NCBI GenBank assembly: GCA_010093995.1 | Contig: ML992512.1 | Span: forward strand, 877,831 to 941,830 | Length of the DNA stretch: 64,000 nt | From: Elsinoe ampelina | Taxonomy: Eukaryota | Reading direction: 5' to 3' | Shown here: piece after piece, positions 22,622 through 33,791 of the stretch | How the letters are laid out: every line of letters begins with the position of its first letter | Numbering within the stretch: the first letter of the stretch is position 1 | Notes under the pieces: model-generated | Told to the model about the DNA's origin: nothing | The model's database searches: none | The model's input: the letters and a program-made list of their open reading frames with translations, nothing else | Translations under genes and position numbers: made by a program

Positions 22622-23146
22622 ATGAGCGGCTATCCTTTCGCAACTTTGCACCGGACTCGATTCTTCCTCTTCTTGGTAGCTCATCAAATAGTCTGCCTAA
22701 TCGCCTTTGCCGCACGGCTGATCATGGTATGCGCCGGACCCAACGCTTTTGCCAGATTCATGAAGTGGAAGTCACCTCTTGGACCGACCCTGATGAAATT
22801 CTCATGGCTGGACTACACGGTCACGGAGCAGCCGTTTGTGCTGGAGTACCTGCCTATGGTCGTCATGACTATCCTTGAAGCGGCACTATGCTGCTGGAGC
22901 GTGCTCATCCTGCATAGAGTCAATGTGTATACGGCTACCCTGCGCTCACTATTTCCGTTCTTCATCGCTTCGGCGATCTACTGGCCTGGCGTCTTTGCCA
23001 TGGGTTTCTTCTACCTTTTCATGGACATCTTCTGGGGAGGCCTTCTGACGATATCATCATATGGCTTCTTTCTGTACCTAGTTGGCCTGGCGATTCGCAG
23101 GAACAGGGGTAAGATATGGGCGACTTTCAATAATCATAAAGTCTGA
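22622..23146 (+). CDS. Small 4-TM membrane protein (single copy of a locally repeated domain)
   Basis: 174-aa ORF with four hydrophobic segments. Shares the TM1-RL, T-I-L-E, IYW..F..G pattern with 26996-27466 and 28059-29700. Confidence 0.65.
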   Translation: MSGYPFATLHRTRFFLFLVAHQIVCLIAFAARLIMVCAGPNAFARFMKWKSPLGPTLMKFSWLDYTVTEQPFVLEYLPMVVMTILEAALCCWSVLILHRVNVYTATLRSLFPFFIASAIYWPGVFAMGFFYLFMDIFWGGLLTISSYGFFLYLVGLAIRRNRGKIWATFNNHKV

Positions 23147-24494
23147 CCTGTGGACTGGCATCAGACGATACCATCGAAGGGAGACTGCCGACATATCACG
23201 ACCTCGAGCGCGACGAGCGTACGATACCAAGTCCTCGATTGTCGATGCCGTACCCTGAAAGTAGTCGGCTAAGAGACATGGAACGATTGATGGAATCAAG
23301 GGCGAGTGCTGCTCGACGACACCCGTGATACAAATTGTGCTGTTGACAGGGCTTGCAACACAGATGACTTGGAACGGACGGAGACGACAAAGCAGATCTC
23401 AAATACCAGGCAGCTGATCATGAGAAGACGACCACCACCACCGCCAAATGGCTGATATTCACACATCACCGGCAGCCCACCAGTGCGCACGAGACTGTGG
23501 CGACCCAACAGGGCGGGATGTCATGATGCTGTCGAGAGGACACAAGGGAGTTCTATGGACAAAGCTCTCAGTTCCGATCGGTCCTCCAATGTGATAATTG
23601 CAAGAGGACACCCTCTGAGAAGCTGTGAAATCGTGGAGTGCTATACCCAATGGCCCAGTCATCTTTGACCGCCTCGTACATGGATCGAGTCAAAAGCAGT
23701 CTGGACAATGACATGGCACATCGCTTGCAGGCTGTTTGCAACGATGTCATTGCTGTAGATGACCGAAATGCAGATAGAGCCAGACCTGATCACCCTTGCA
23801 GGACTTTGAGAGCTGAGAAAAGGCAAAGATCTAGTTTATTGTGGCTAAGACTGTGGCGCGGCAAGCTGCATGAAGCGGGACACTTTCTCCCCTCACTTTT
23901 CTTCATCCTTCGTTGCCCATCACCCGTCACGGTCCTCGTGGCACCAATCATGAGCAAGGCAATGCCAGAGCTAGCGGCCGGTCCGATCCAGGATGCACAA
24001 AGTCTGGTCTTCATCCTCTTTCGCCACACGCCATTATTGTCTGGAACGCTTTCCGTCGTGACAGCACCGCGCACCCGATTCGCTCGCCCGTTCTCGATGC
24101 AGTGACTCACGATGCATCTATTTGTCCTGAGGAACGATTCCGATGACCCCGAAGCAGGCGCCGCGCTGTCCTGCGGCTATCCCTGGCGAATCATGCTTGC
24201 TTGTTCTCCGCGGCCGGCATGTTTTGACTTTGCGTCGGTGTTGCCTGAATATGCACCGCATCAACACCTCAGGATGTGATCACGTTCGCAGGTACAGTCA
24301 TCACTTTCACATTGATATAAATTTGAGGATCTTCTATATTCTTCCTCCTTCATCTGCGTCAAGCGTCTGCTCGACTTCCACTCTTTTCAATACCGATTCG
24401 CCACCCACCTTGGTGTCGTACATAGTGTCCTCCCTATCCAGCTCCAGTGGCCTCAACAACAACACACTGGTATTTCATCGGGTCGCTTTTCAAC

Positions 24495-26570
24495 ATGGAC
24501 ATAGTCAAGATCGGCGCTCACTTGGTCAAGACCGTCACCAGCAACAACACCTCCACCAATGCCACACTCAATCAGCTTCCTACCACTCTGGTGGAAGCTG
24601 TTGTACCCGGGTACAGCGTCTTCTCTCAATTTGTCAAGGTCCACTTCGGATTCGACATTAGTATCGTGGTCACTGCCCTAGCAGTCCTGTTGGGTCTTTA
24701 CAAAGCACTGTCGTGGGCTTGGGGTCATGTCTATTCTTCATTCGAGATCTACTGCATGTCCAAGGTCTATATCGAGGAGACTGATGACCTGTTCGACATG
24801 GTCCTGAAATGGCTCGCTGCCCAAAGGATGACAAAGAAGACTCGCATGTTAAAGGCATGCACTCAGTATGGCAGCGCATGGGATGACGACAGCGATGATG
24901 AGGGTGCCTCGATGCCATCTGTCGGTGACGGGGGTCACTTTAACTTTGGCAAGTGGCAATCTCAGATCCCACCTCGATTCGAGCCATACTATGGTCATCA
25001 TCGCTTCTGGTTTCAGGGTCGCTACTTCAGTCTCCAGCGCACCCAGAAGCCAAACCAGACTGTGTCTAGGTGGGGTAGTGAAACCTATGATCTGCTTGAG
25101 ATCCGTTGCATTGGTTTCACCACTCAGCCTATCAAGGTGTTCCTCCAAGAACTCAAGATCTGGCATAGCGAACAGAAAGAGTCCCGCACCGTCATCAGGA
25201 ATGCTTCAACCAAGAACTCTCGATTTGGCATGGGCTGGAGCTCTTCTCACTCTCGACCTTCACGACCTATCAGCACACTCATCCTCGATGATCATCAGAA
25301 GGAGATGATTGTCGAGGACATGGACGAGTTCCTGCACCCGGAGAGCCCCAAGTGGTACGCCAGTCGTGGTATTCCTTATCGTCGTGGCTACCTTTTCCAC
25401 GGTCCACCAGGCACGGGCAAGACCAGTCTCAGCTTTGCTCTCGCCGGCATCTTTGGCCTCGACATCTACTGCTGCGCCCTGAATGATCCGGAACTCACTG
25501 AAGGCGATCTGCGTGATCTCTTCAATGCTCTACCTCGCCGCTGCATTGTCCTTCTCGAGGACATTGACGAAGCCGGCATCAAGCGCCCAGATGACAAGCC
25601 CGAAGTGGAGCGTCCTCCTCTCCCTGCCATTGAGGCCACTCCTCACGACAAACGCCGCGATTCGAAGATGGAGGATGACATTTCGCTCTCCCTCTCCCGC
25701 ACTACCTCCATTTCCTCAATTAGCACCACTTCTTCCTCCTCCACCACGGACTCGTCTATTTCCGTTCCTACCCCCACCGCAGATCCCACCACCCCCAAAC
25801 AGACAGCCACTGTCCCTGCTCTCCCAGCGCCTGCTCCAGCTGCCGAGCCTCTCACCGCAACTTCTCTTGCTGAAGCCCTCATCGCCGCCACTCGCGCCGC
25901 TGCCATCCCTCAGGTCAACGGCAGGAACTCTCGCCGCCGGCCCCGTCGCCGCCGTGACCCCTTTGCTCCTCCTCCGGCCGCAAATGCCGAAGAGGGAGGT
26001 GGCATTTCTCTTTCCGGTCTATTGAACGCTATCGATGGCGTTGCAACCCACGAAGGCAGAGTCCTGATCATGACTACCAACCATCCCGAGAGCTTGGACG
26101 AAGCTCTCGTCAGGACCGGGCGAGTGGACGTCAAAGTCGGATTTGACTATGCTTCTGGAGGTCAGATCAGGGAACTGTTTGAGAGGATGTACGGCGGCAC
26201 ATTCGAGGGTGAAGATGGCAATTCGAAGGGGAAGAAGGGACGAGGACAGGATGGCGGAGTCAAGGGTATGGGGAGAGACAGGAAGTGGTTTGATGGTCTG
26301 GACCTCTTTGATCATGCTGCCGTGGAATGGGAGGACATCAGCGGCAAGGCTAAAGGGAAGGGAGAGGTCAATGCGAAAGAGAAGAGGGAGAGATTGCAGG
26401 AGGCGGCGGAGATGTTCGCCGGTCGGGTACCCGAGAGGGTGTTCAGTCCGAGTGACATCCAGGGGTTCTTGCTGCTACACAAGAAGACGCCGTTGAGAGC
26501 CCTGAAGGAGGTTGAGACTTGGGTGGAGACTGAGTTGGAGAAGAAGAGGGAGAAGGAGACCAAGGCATGA
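24495..26570 (+). CDS. BCS1-like mitochondrial-type AAA ATPase (paralogue)
   Basis: Intronless. N-terminal TM, BCS1_N-like region, WYASRGIPYRRGYLFHGPPGTGKTS (Walker A), LLEDID (Walker B), SLSGLLNAIDG, MTTNHPESLDEALVRTGRVD, FSPSDIQGFLL. Confidence 0.88.
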   Translation: MDIVKIGAHLVKTVTSNNTSTNATLNQLPTTLVEAVVPGYSVFSQFVKVHFGFDISIVVTALAVLLGLYKALSWAWGHVYSSFEIYCMSKVYIEETDDLFDMVLKWLAAQRMTKKTRMLKACTQYGSAWDDDSDDEGASMPSVGDGGHFNFGKWQSQIPPRFEPYYGHHRFWFQGRYFSLQRTQKPNQTVSRWGSETYDLLEIRCIGFTTQPIKVFLQELKIWHSEQKESRTVIRNASTKNSRFGMGWSSSHSRPSRPISTLILDDHQKEMIVEDMDEFLHPESPKWYASRGIPYRRGYLFHGPPGTGKTSLSFALAGIFGLDIYCCALNDPELTEGDLRDLFNALPRRCIVLLEDIDEAGIKRPDDKPEVERPPLPAIEATPHDKRRDSKMEDDISLSLSRTTSISSISTTSSSSTTDSSISVPTPTADPTTPKQTATVPALPAPAPAAEPLTATSLAEALIAATRAAAIPQVNGRNSRRRPRRRRDPFAPPPAANAEEGGGISLSGLLNAIDGVATHEGRVLIMTTNHPESLDEALVRTGRVDVKVGFDYASGGQIRELFERMYGGTFEGEDGNSKGKKGRGQDGGVKGMGRDRKWFDGLDLFDHAAVEWEDISGKAKGKGEVNAKEKRERLQEAAEMFAGRVPERVFSPSDIQGFLLLHKKTPLRALKEVETWVETELEKKREKETKA

Positions 26571-26995
26571 CCGTCACGAGAGGCGTTTGGTGATTGTGGT
26601 CGTTTCTACGATGGCATCTACACTACGAGGTCTCTTGGGCACGTCACTTTGACAGCACAAAAGTGATTACACAGCATATTCAGCACGAGCAGCTACATGC
26701 ATTATGAATTATGATTAGACATTACCACCTCCTCCCTCTCATGATCTGGTCGTACCATCGTAACGAGTGTGTCAGCGTAGGCCCTGTCATTAGAGCTCGC
26801 TCTCCTCAAACATCCATACTCGTACTCTTCTTCCCCCTCACCTCCCCACTCATATCCTCAAGGTACACATCACAACTCCCCCTCGCCCCCTGCGCCCCTC
26901 CAGGAATCGTCTCCGCCCTCCTCCTCTCCTTCCTCGCCGCAAAAAACACCCCAACAGCCCAGAACATCTGACAGACATACAGTCCCCTGCACAAG

Positions 26996-27466
26996 TCAGC
27001 ACGGAAACCCCTCCCACACCATCTTGGAAACCCACATTATCGTCGCGACGACAATCATGTAATAGATCAAATAATACCCCAACGCCTCGGAAACGTCCAC
27101 CATCAACCCGACCGTCACCCCGAGACACGCACCCCAGTACACGGTCCAGCCGACCGCGTACGCCAGGAACGCGGCGTAGGTCAGCCTGCGCCGCCACAGC
27201 GTCCAGAGCTCGAACAGCACGACGGGCAGGAGGAGGGTCTCGATCACCAGCGTTGTGATCTGGTACGGTCGGCCCCGGGCGGTGTTGCGGTCGTAGCGGG
27301 ATGTGTACCCGTACGGGGTCCCGAGGGAGGACCAGGATTGGATGGTGAAGACGGTGCGAAAGGGGAGCATGGCTAGGTGGAGCAGGGCGCAGATGGGGAG
27401 GTAGAGGAGGAGGGCGAGGCGGTTGCCGTGGGACAGGAGGGGGGAGGAGCCGTGGGTGAAGGGCAT
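26996..27466 (-). CDS. Small 4-TM membrane protein (divergent copy of the local domain)
   Basis: 156-aa ORF with four TMs, TLVIE in TM2, WRRR cluster and VYWGACLG. Confidence 0.6.
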   Translation of the reverse strand: MPFTHGSSPLLSHGNRLALLLYLPICALLHLAMLPFRTVFTIQSWSSLGTPYGYTSRYDRNTARGRPYQITTLVIETLLLPVVLFELWTLWRRRLTYAAFLAYAVGWTVYWGACLGVTVGLMVDVSEALGYYLIYYMIVVATIMWVSKMVWEGFPC

Positions 27467-28058
27467 GGTTGGGGTTGCTGGTCGAGGGGGGGTTGGTGGG
27501 AAAGGAGGTGTTGTAAGTTATGTCTTGTAGAACGAAGCGAGAGATTCCGAGGTTGAGGATGAGAATACTTAGGCCCCCTCCACAGCCCACTGCTGATCCG
27601 ACCCGCTGGGTGAAGTTGTTCGGCGTGCCTGTCTGCACGTTTCATTCACCATAGGAATGACATCAGGCTGGCCGCCCTGGGGCGGGGGAGGAGTGAGGCT
27701 CGGTGCACATCGAGTTGCACAAGATGCACAAATGCTGGTCACGGTTCTATTTCCGATGGCTGGAAGCGAGCGCTAGTACAAATGAGAGCTTGAGCGAGCT
27801 TCGACTTGCTTCGTACGGGCAGAAAGGATGTTTTGCATGAGGTAAAAAGTGGTTCAAAGGAGCGGATCAGAGAGCGGGAATGAGGCGCGGTTGCTTGGCG
27901 GGGACGGGATCGCGAATGATCGACGACGGTGGGCGATCACGAGAATGACTCGTTGTTTCATAACACTCGAGTCAAGAAGTCACGTGAATGAGTGGCTGAC
28001 AGGAAGATGACTCCTCTCCAGTGCCCGAGCCCCCTCGTCCTATTGGAATCATCTCAGG

Positions 28059-29700
28059 CTACACGACCGCGCTCTCCGTTGAGCCTCTCCTTCCTCCACT
28101 CCTATCAAGAACATTGCTCCTCCCAAGCTCGATCTCCTCCTTGAGCACTATCGTAGAGTCAGCTTCATCCTACACACCACTGGCAAGTATGCTCACTCTT
28201 CCCCTGTCTCCTCCACATGACCAACAGATACGTATCCCACACCACACAAAGCCCCATAACCGCCCCTCCCAGCGTAACATTCACAATCCCCCCAACATGC
28301 AACCCAATGCCAAATGATATAGCCCAGTACACCGTCTCCGCGATCAACACCAAAAGCAGTGTCCCAGCCATGCACTTCTCCTTCTTGAACCGTACAATGA
28401 AGACGGCCAAGATGATCATGAACACAGGCTCGATACTCGTATTGACGACAAACAGGCGCCATTGACGATTCTCCAAGAAGCGGACGTGGCTTTCATAGCG
28501 GTAGCTGTAGCGAGGCGTGCTGCCTTGGTAAGGGTGTTGATAGCGGATGGGTTCGACGCCGAAGCGAGCAGCCCAACATGCCAGTGTGGTCGCGGCGAAG
28601 GCGACGAGGAGCCAAGCGACGACGAAGTGGGACTGGCGGGTGAAGGGGGAGACTGGGGAAATTGGTTTGTCGGTCGACGCTTGGCGTTCACTTTCCGGGA
28701 GGGAAGATTGTTTCTGCTGTTGGTGGTACATGACGCCCAGGTAGATGACCCAGATGATGGAGAGGCCCATGACTGCTCCTCCTAATGTGGCGTTTGGGCT
28801 GCTGCCCAGGCCCATGCCGAGCCCAAAGGCGGTGATCCAGTATAAGCTCTCGATGATGAAGAGTACTAATAGACTCCCGACGTCTCTTTTCTGTTTCTTG
28901 AATTGTACAATGAACGTCACCAAAGCGGCTGTGAGGATGGCTTCGACACCGGTGTTGACCATGGACAGGATGAAACGCTGATTCTCCCACTTGCGGCGTC
29001 GTTCTTGGTAAGTCGCCCATTCGCCTTGAGAGACCTGTGTGTCGAAACGGCGGGGTTCAAAGCCCAGACGGAGCCCCCAGCAGGCAAGGCAGAGAACAGT
29101 GTAAGCGATCATGAGCCAGAAGACAACTTTGCGCACTCTAGGTTTGAAGGCAGAAGCGTTCGTGGTAGTGGTGGTTGTTGTCGAGACATTAGCCTGGTCC
29201 GCGGCTGGGGTGGTGATTGGGTCGCTTTTCTTCTGCTTGTGATACATGAACCCCAAGTATGCGACCCATACCAATGAAAGACCCATGATAGCACCACCTA
29301 GAGTCGCATTGGGACTACTGTCGAGCGCGAGTCCAGTCGAGAAGGCTGCAATCCAATACACGCTCTCGACAATGAAGAAAATGAGCAGACTGCCGACTTC
29401 ACGGCGTTGCCTCTTGAATTGTACCACTAGAAAGACCAATGCGGCTCCGAGTAAAGCTTCGATGGCTGTATTGACCATGGACAGGACAAAGCGTCGATCG
29501 TCTACCTTGCGACGTCGCTCTTGATACTCCAGCCATGCAGGGTCGCCAGTGGTTGTCGTTGGTGTTTTGCTCCGGGGCTCATAACCGAGGCGAATGCCGA
29601 AGCAGACGAGGCAGAGAAAGAGATGGAAGATGAGGAAGCCGAAGACAACCTTGCGGGCCTTGGGCGTAAACGGAGAGGGTTTCGTAGTTGAGGTAGCCAT
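28059..29700 (-). CDS. 12-TM protein built from three tandem copies of a 4-TM domain
   Basis: Three repeats (..RLG(Y/F)EP..VNT.IE..FK...GSLL..ES.YW..NATLGGA.MGL). Terminal intron 28148-28196 gives the last exon MLKEEIELGRS...AVV*. Confidence 0.8.
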
Positions 29701-30945
29701 TGCGGCTGAACTGTAGCTGATGAAGTCGAAGGCCTGCAATGGAAAATTGTGGGTCGCTGGGATGATGGTGGTGCTTCTAGAAGGAATGAGGAGATGTACT
29801 TATGTGATGAGCTCTGCGCTGTCAGTCCAGGAGCTACGAGACCAGCAAATTTGAAGGCGCATCGCTACCGTGCAAGCAAGGCGTTCCCCTGCAAGCGGAC
29901 TGCAGGACGCCCTACCTTGGCAGTCCTCTTGGAGGTGGTGCTGTATAGTGACGGACGTCCGATCCTCAGGCAGCAAGATAAATACTAGCTCGACTTGCTG
30001 CTCGTGTGACCCTTGCAAGTATCATGCCCAGCCGCTTCGGCACAGGTGTTTGATGGCTGAAGAAAAGGCAAGGAGCTAACTATGCTGCAGCTCTTTAGCT
30101 AAGACTCGAATTTAGCGCCGGATAATGGGTGTTCAGTCTGCCGAGCAGCTGATTGCGTCGATCAGATCTCGAGCTAAGCCCTGTGAGCACTGGAAGAACC
30201 AGTCGATGGCCATTTCGGGATAAAGATGATTTACTGTATGTGGATGCACAAGGGAGGGTTTTGGTCAGAAGGAATTGCCGAGGTCAATGACGCAAAGCAC
30301 GACAGTTGCACATTGCATCTATGCCAATACTGAACTTCTTCTTTTCCCCGCACTGGACTGAATATAACAACAAGTGCGCGATTTCCCACCGAAAGCTTGT
30401 CATCACTGTTGCCTGGTGATTTTCAGAGAGGTTGCTTAGGCGCAGATGCTATATCGCGCATCTCAGCGTGTCCTGACTGGTCGCCGGCCCGAATGGTGGC
30501 CCAAGGTCACATGACACATGGACGGTCCCGTCTCGATCAAGGTCTTTCATTTGATTGCTTTCTCATTGCTTTGGTATCCCTCCGTCACCCATATCCCCTT
30601 GACCCACACCCACCCCTATCCAGCCGTAAACCTCATCAAATCATTGCTTTGTGTCCATGAACCATGCCGATGCCACCAGTCCGGATCCACCAGAACGCCA
30701 TCACAACCGAGTCCAGTCGTCCGTCCGCCAGTCCGTCCAGCGGAAGTCGAGGTCGTTGTAAAAGAGCAAGCAAAAAACAAGAAAGGAAGCACCGCACCTG
30801 GTGGGCAGCCAGGTGTGGGCTAAGGGGGGCTGGACAGGGGATACCTTTTTGTGTGCTTTTCGTTGCCTTCATCAATCCATCGTCTCTATGTCTTGGGGGT
30901 ATCGTAACATCTCCTAGAAGTTGGTTTGTTGCGTCTTGTCCTCCA

Positions 30946-32607
30946 CTATGCCTCGCCATGGTGGTGGACGTGTCTCTTGTGCGCACCGAGGTGCTTCCTC
31001 ATGAGCTTCTTCCTTTGTGGAACCGGAGTCTCTGCAGCTGGAGGTGTCTGGCCTTCGGTGATGGTGACATAAGCCTGCACGATCACAATCTCCAGAACCT
31101 CGTTATCCTTGGTAACGTATCTGGTACCGATGACGGGGAGATTGGGTGCAGTCTCCGGCTTGATTGGAATTTCGGGTGCAGGGGTGGTAGCCGAGGTAGG
31201 CACAGGTGGAGGAGGAGCGTAAGAGCTGGGAGTAGGGGATGAAGAAGGTGCCGGAACAGGTACTGGCGCTGGCGGAGTGTATGCAGACGGTGCTGGAGAC
31301 ACTGGGGCGGGAAGGGTGGTTGAGCTTGGCTTCGGTGTGTAAGGGAGCTCCGGCATCGATGATGGTGCCGGTATGCTGACACTGCCGGTAGAAGAGGTGG
31401 CTTCACCAGCTCCGACGAGAGCATACTTGGTTGCGTAGCCAGGACCAGGCTGGATGGGGACGTTGACGGGAAGGCCATCACGAGGTCCAGCGACGTCATC
31501 GTCGCTGAGGATCGAAGGCTCCTGGAACTTGCACTCGGCGGCAGAGTAGTCGGTCTGAATGTCGAAGATGGAGCAGTCTTGAATGTTGCCGGAAAGGTTG
31601 GTGCAAGTATCGACGGCTTGCTGAAGAAAGTCGACAGAGTCCCAGCCCATCATAAAGTCACCATGGTAACCATAGCCTGCACGTGTCAGTATGTGTCAAC
31701 GATATTGTGCGATGATCTTGTCTCACCAGTAGGATCGCCGTATGAGAACATGAATTGTCCGTCAATACCCTTGAATGCGTAGGTGTTCCAGATAGTCTCA
31801 TAGAGCAGACTGGGCAACTTGACATCGTAGCCAGGAGGACATTTGCCCGTCATGACGAAGCTTGGGTATGCGACGTGAGACTTGTGATCGGGCGCATCGA
31901 GGTCCTTGCCGTTCCAGCAGCTAGGGAACATGAGCTCGAGACGAATGCCGTCAGCGCAGTTGGCGTCGAGGTAGGACTTCTCGGGCATGAAATGACGGTA
32001 GAGAGTCGGTTCAGGGGCGCGATTGTAGTTCATGCAGTTGAAGCCGATAGCCTTCTGACGGAGCGCTGGCTGGGTCGACTCTTCGGGGGTCCACTGGTAG
32101 GTTGGCTTGTCAGGGACTGGGAGATTGGAGAAGTTGCGCAAGTTCATGTCGCCAGCCAACATCTGGAAGCCGTCGGGAAAGGCGGTGATCTTGCCGGAGC
32201 CGTCGTAATTGTTACCGTAAAGGAGGTAGTATGCCAGCATACCTCCGACCTGTGGGACAACGACAGTAGTGCCATTCGGATACATGAAGTGAAGGGAGGG
32301 GGTCCAGTATGCAGACTTATCTTGAGTCACCCCGCACGACGTGCATTCAGAAGCCTTGAGTTCCGTTGCCTTGACATCCTTGCCGAAATCTGGTCAAGTG
32401 GTCAGCCATGTGAGGGTTTGTTCTGGGTAACTGAAACTTACTGCCACCACCGTGAATGGCGTGAGTGTGGTCGGAGAGACTGCCGGGAGCGACCAGAGGG
32501 TCAAGACGAGCCAGACCGGTGCGAGAGCGACATGGCATGCGCCAAAAAGCATCAGCGCCGCCAATGACAGCTGTCGCGACCAGCGCGGTTGACTTTAGTG
32601 ACACCAT
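30946..32607 (-). CDS. Secreted DUF1996-domain protein with Pro/Ser/Thr linker and His-rich tail
   Basis: Signal peptide, FWRMPC..RLDPLVAPG..HTH, DKSAYWTP, FPDGFQMLAGD, FPSCWNGKDLD..DHKSHVAYP, GYHGDFMMGWD. Two introns. Confidence 0.88.
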
Positions 32608-33791
32608 GGTAGTCACCAGAGATCAGCGACGAGGGAGGTTGGAGATGTTCGTTGACGACAGTTGAGGGTGTGGAGATTGTGTGGTGAGCTTTTGGAGCTC
32701 GGTCAAAATTGATGTGTGAGGTCGAGTGGCGGCGGTGGAAAGTGGATATGGCAAGGATGGAGATAGGCTGCACGTCGTTGTCAGGTGAAGCAAGATAGGC
32801 CGGTGGCACGTGAACGTCGCGCTGCGAGTCTCGGGCAGTGATACGATGACGCGCTGCGTTTATCGCCGAGATATTTTTGAGCCGGGAGTCGTCAAGCGAG
32901 CGTTGGTCGGACTTGGTGATAGACGTTTGATAGTAACGAGTGTGGATATCGAGCCGGGCGATGTGGAAGAGAGTGACTGTTTTGCGTGTGTAAACGAATG
33001 TGTATGTTCGCAAGCGAACGAAATGAGCGACTGGAGGCAAGGAATGTGGTGGTAGGAAAAAAAAGGTCGACGGCGAGGGTGAGGCACAGCTGGGGAGGTT
33101 GGAGGCAAGGGGACACAGAGATGCTTTTACCTCGCCATCAGCATCCCAAGATCTCGGCGTGGCCACGGGGATAGCCTCAACGGTCCAATCACGCGACTAC
33201 ATCTACGGCTTCTGCTATCCATTGGCCCCTCTTTGGAGGTGCATCTTCATTTTAATAAAGCAGGATGCTTGGGTGACGCAGCGATATCCGAAACACGGGG
33301 TTTCGGGGCCCTGAGTGGTTGAAAAGTCGCTCGGCATGTGGCTCCGGGGACGTGGTTGTGCAGTGTTGTTGTCAACATTCCTGCGTCTGGCCCAATCTCC
33401 CGTTGTTGATATGGTCGGTCACGCGGTCACTTGCATGCATCCTGCTCGTCATCGAGTGTTTCTGTCAAGCAAAAAGGACAAGCTCAAGGTCCTCGGGGGC
33501 GGCGGCAATGCAAAGGGGGTGACAAAGAGTTGATATGCAGGTGCGTTTCGCGTTTCGGGATCGACCACTTTTAGCGCTAATGTAGCTTTTGTCTCGGCCA
33601 AGGAGGCTGTTCCTGCGGCCCGAGCTTTTAATTTAAAATGCGACGGGAGCTGCGGAGCCGCACGAAGATCCTGTCACGGTGCGCGGCAGTCGGCTTGTGC
33701 CCTGATTCATGGGTCATGGATATTTTTTATTTAGTATACCAGTGACCTGCAATTATCATGGATCGTACTTCCTCCACCGCTACTAGTCCTC

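Noticed and set aside
22374..22625. ORF overlapping the start of the 4-TM gene (ATGA), suggesting a frameshifted N-terminus or uORF
   Set aside because: Non-ATG start and no recognisable similarity, so it cannot be told apart from chance.
23150..24490. Multiple short ORFs upstream of the BCS1-like gene
   Set aside because: Protein-unlike composition, no transposase or RT motifs, and no terminal repeats seen.
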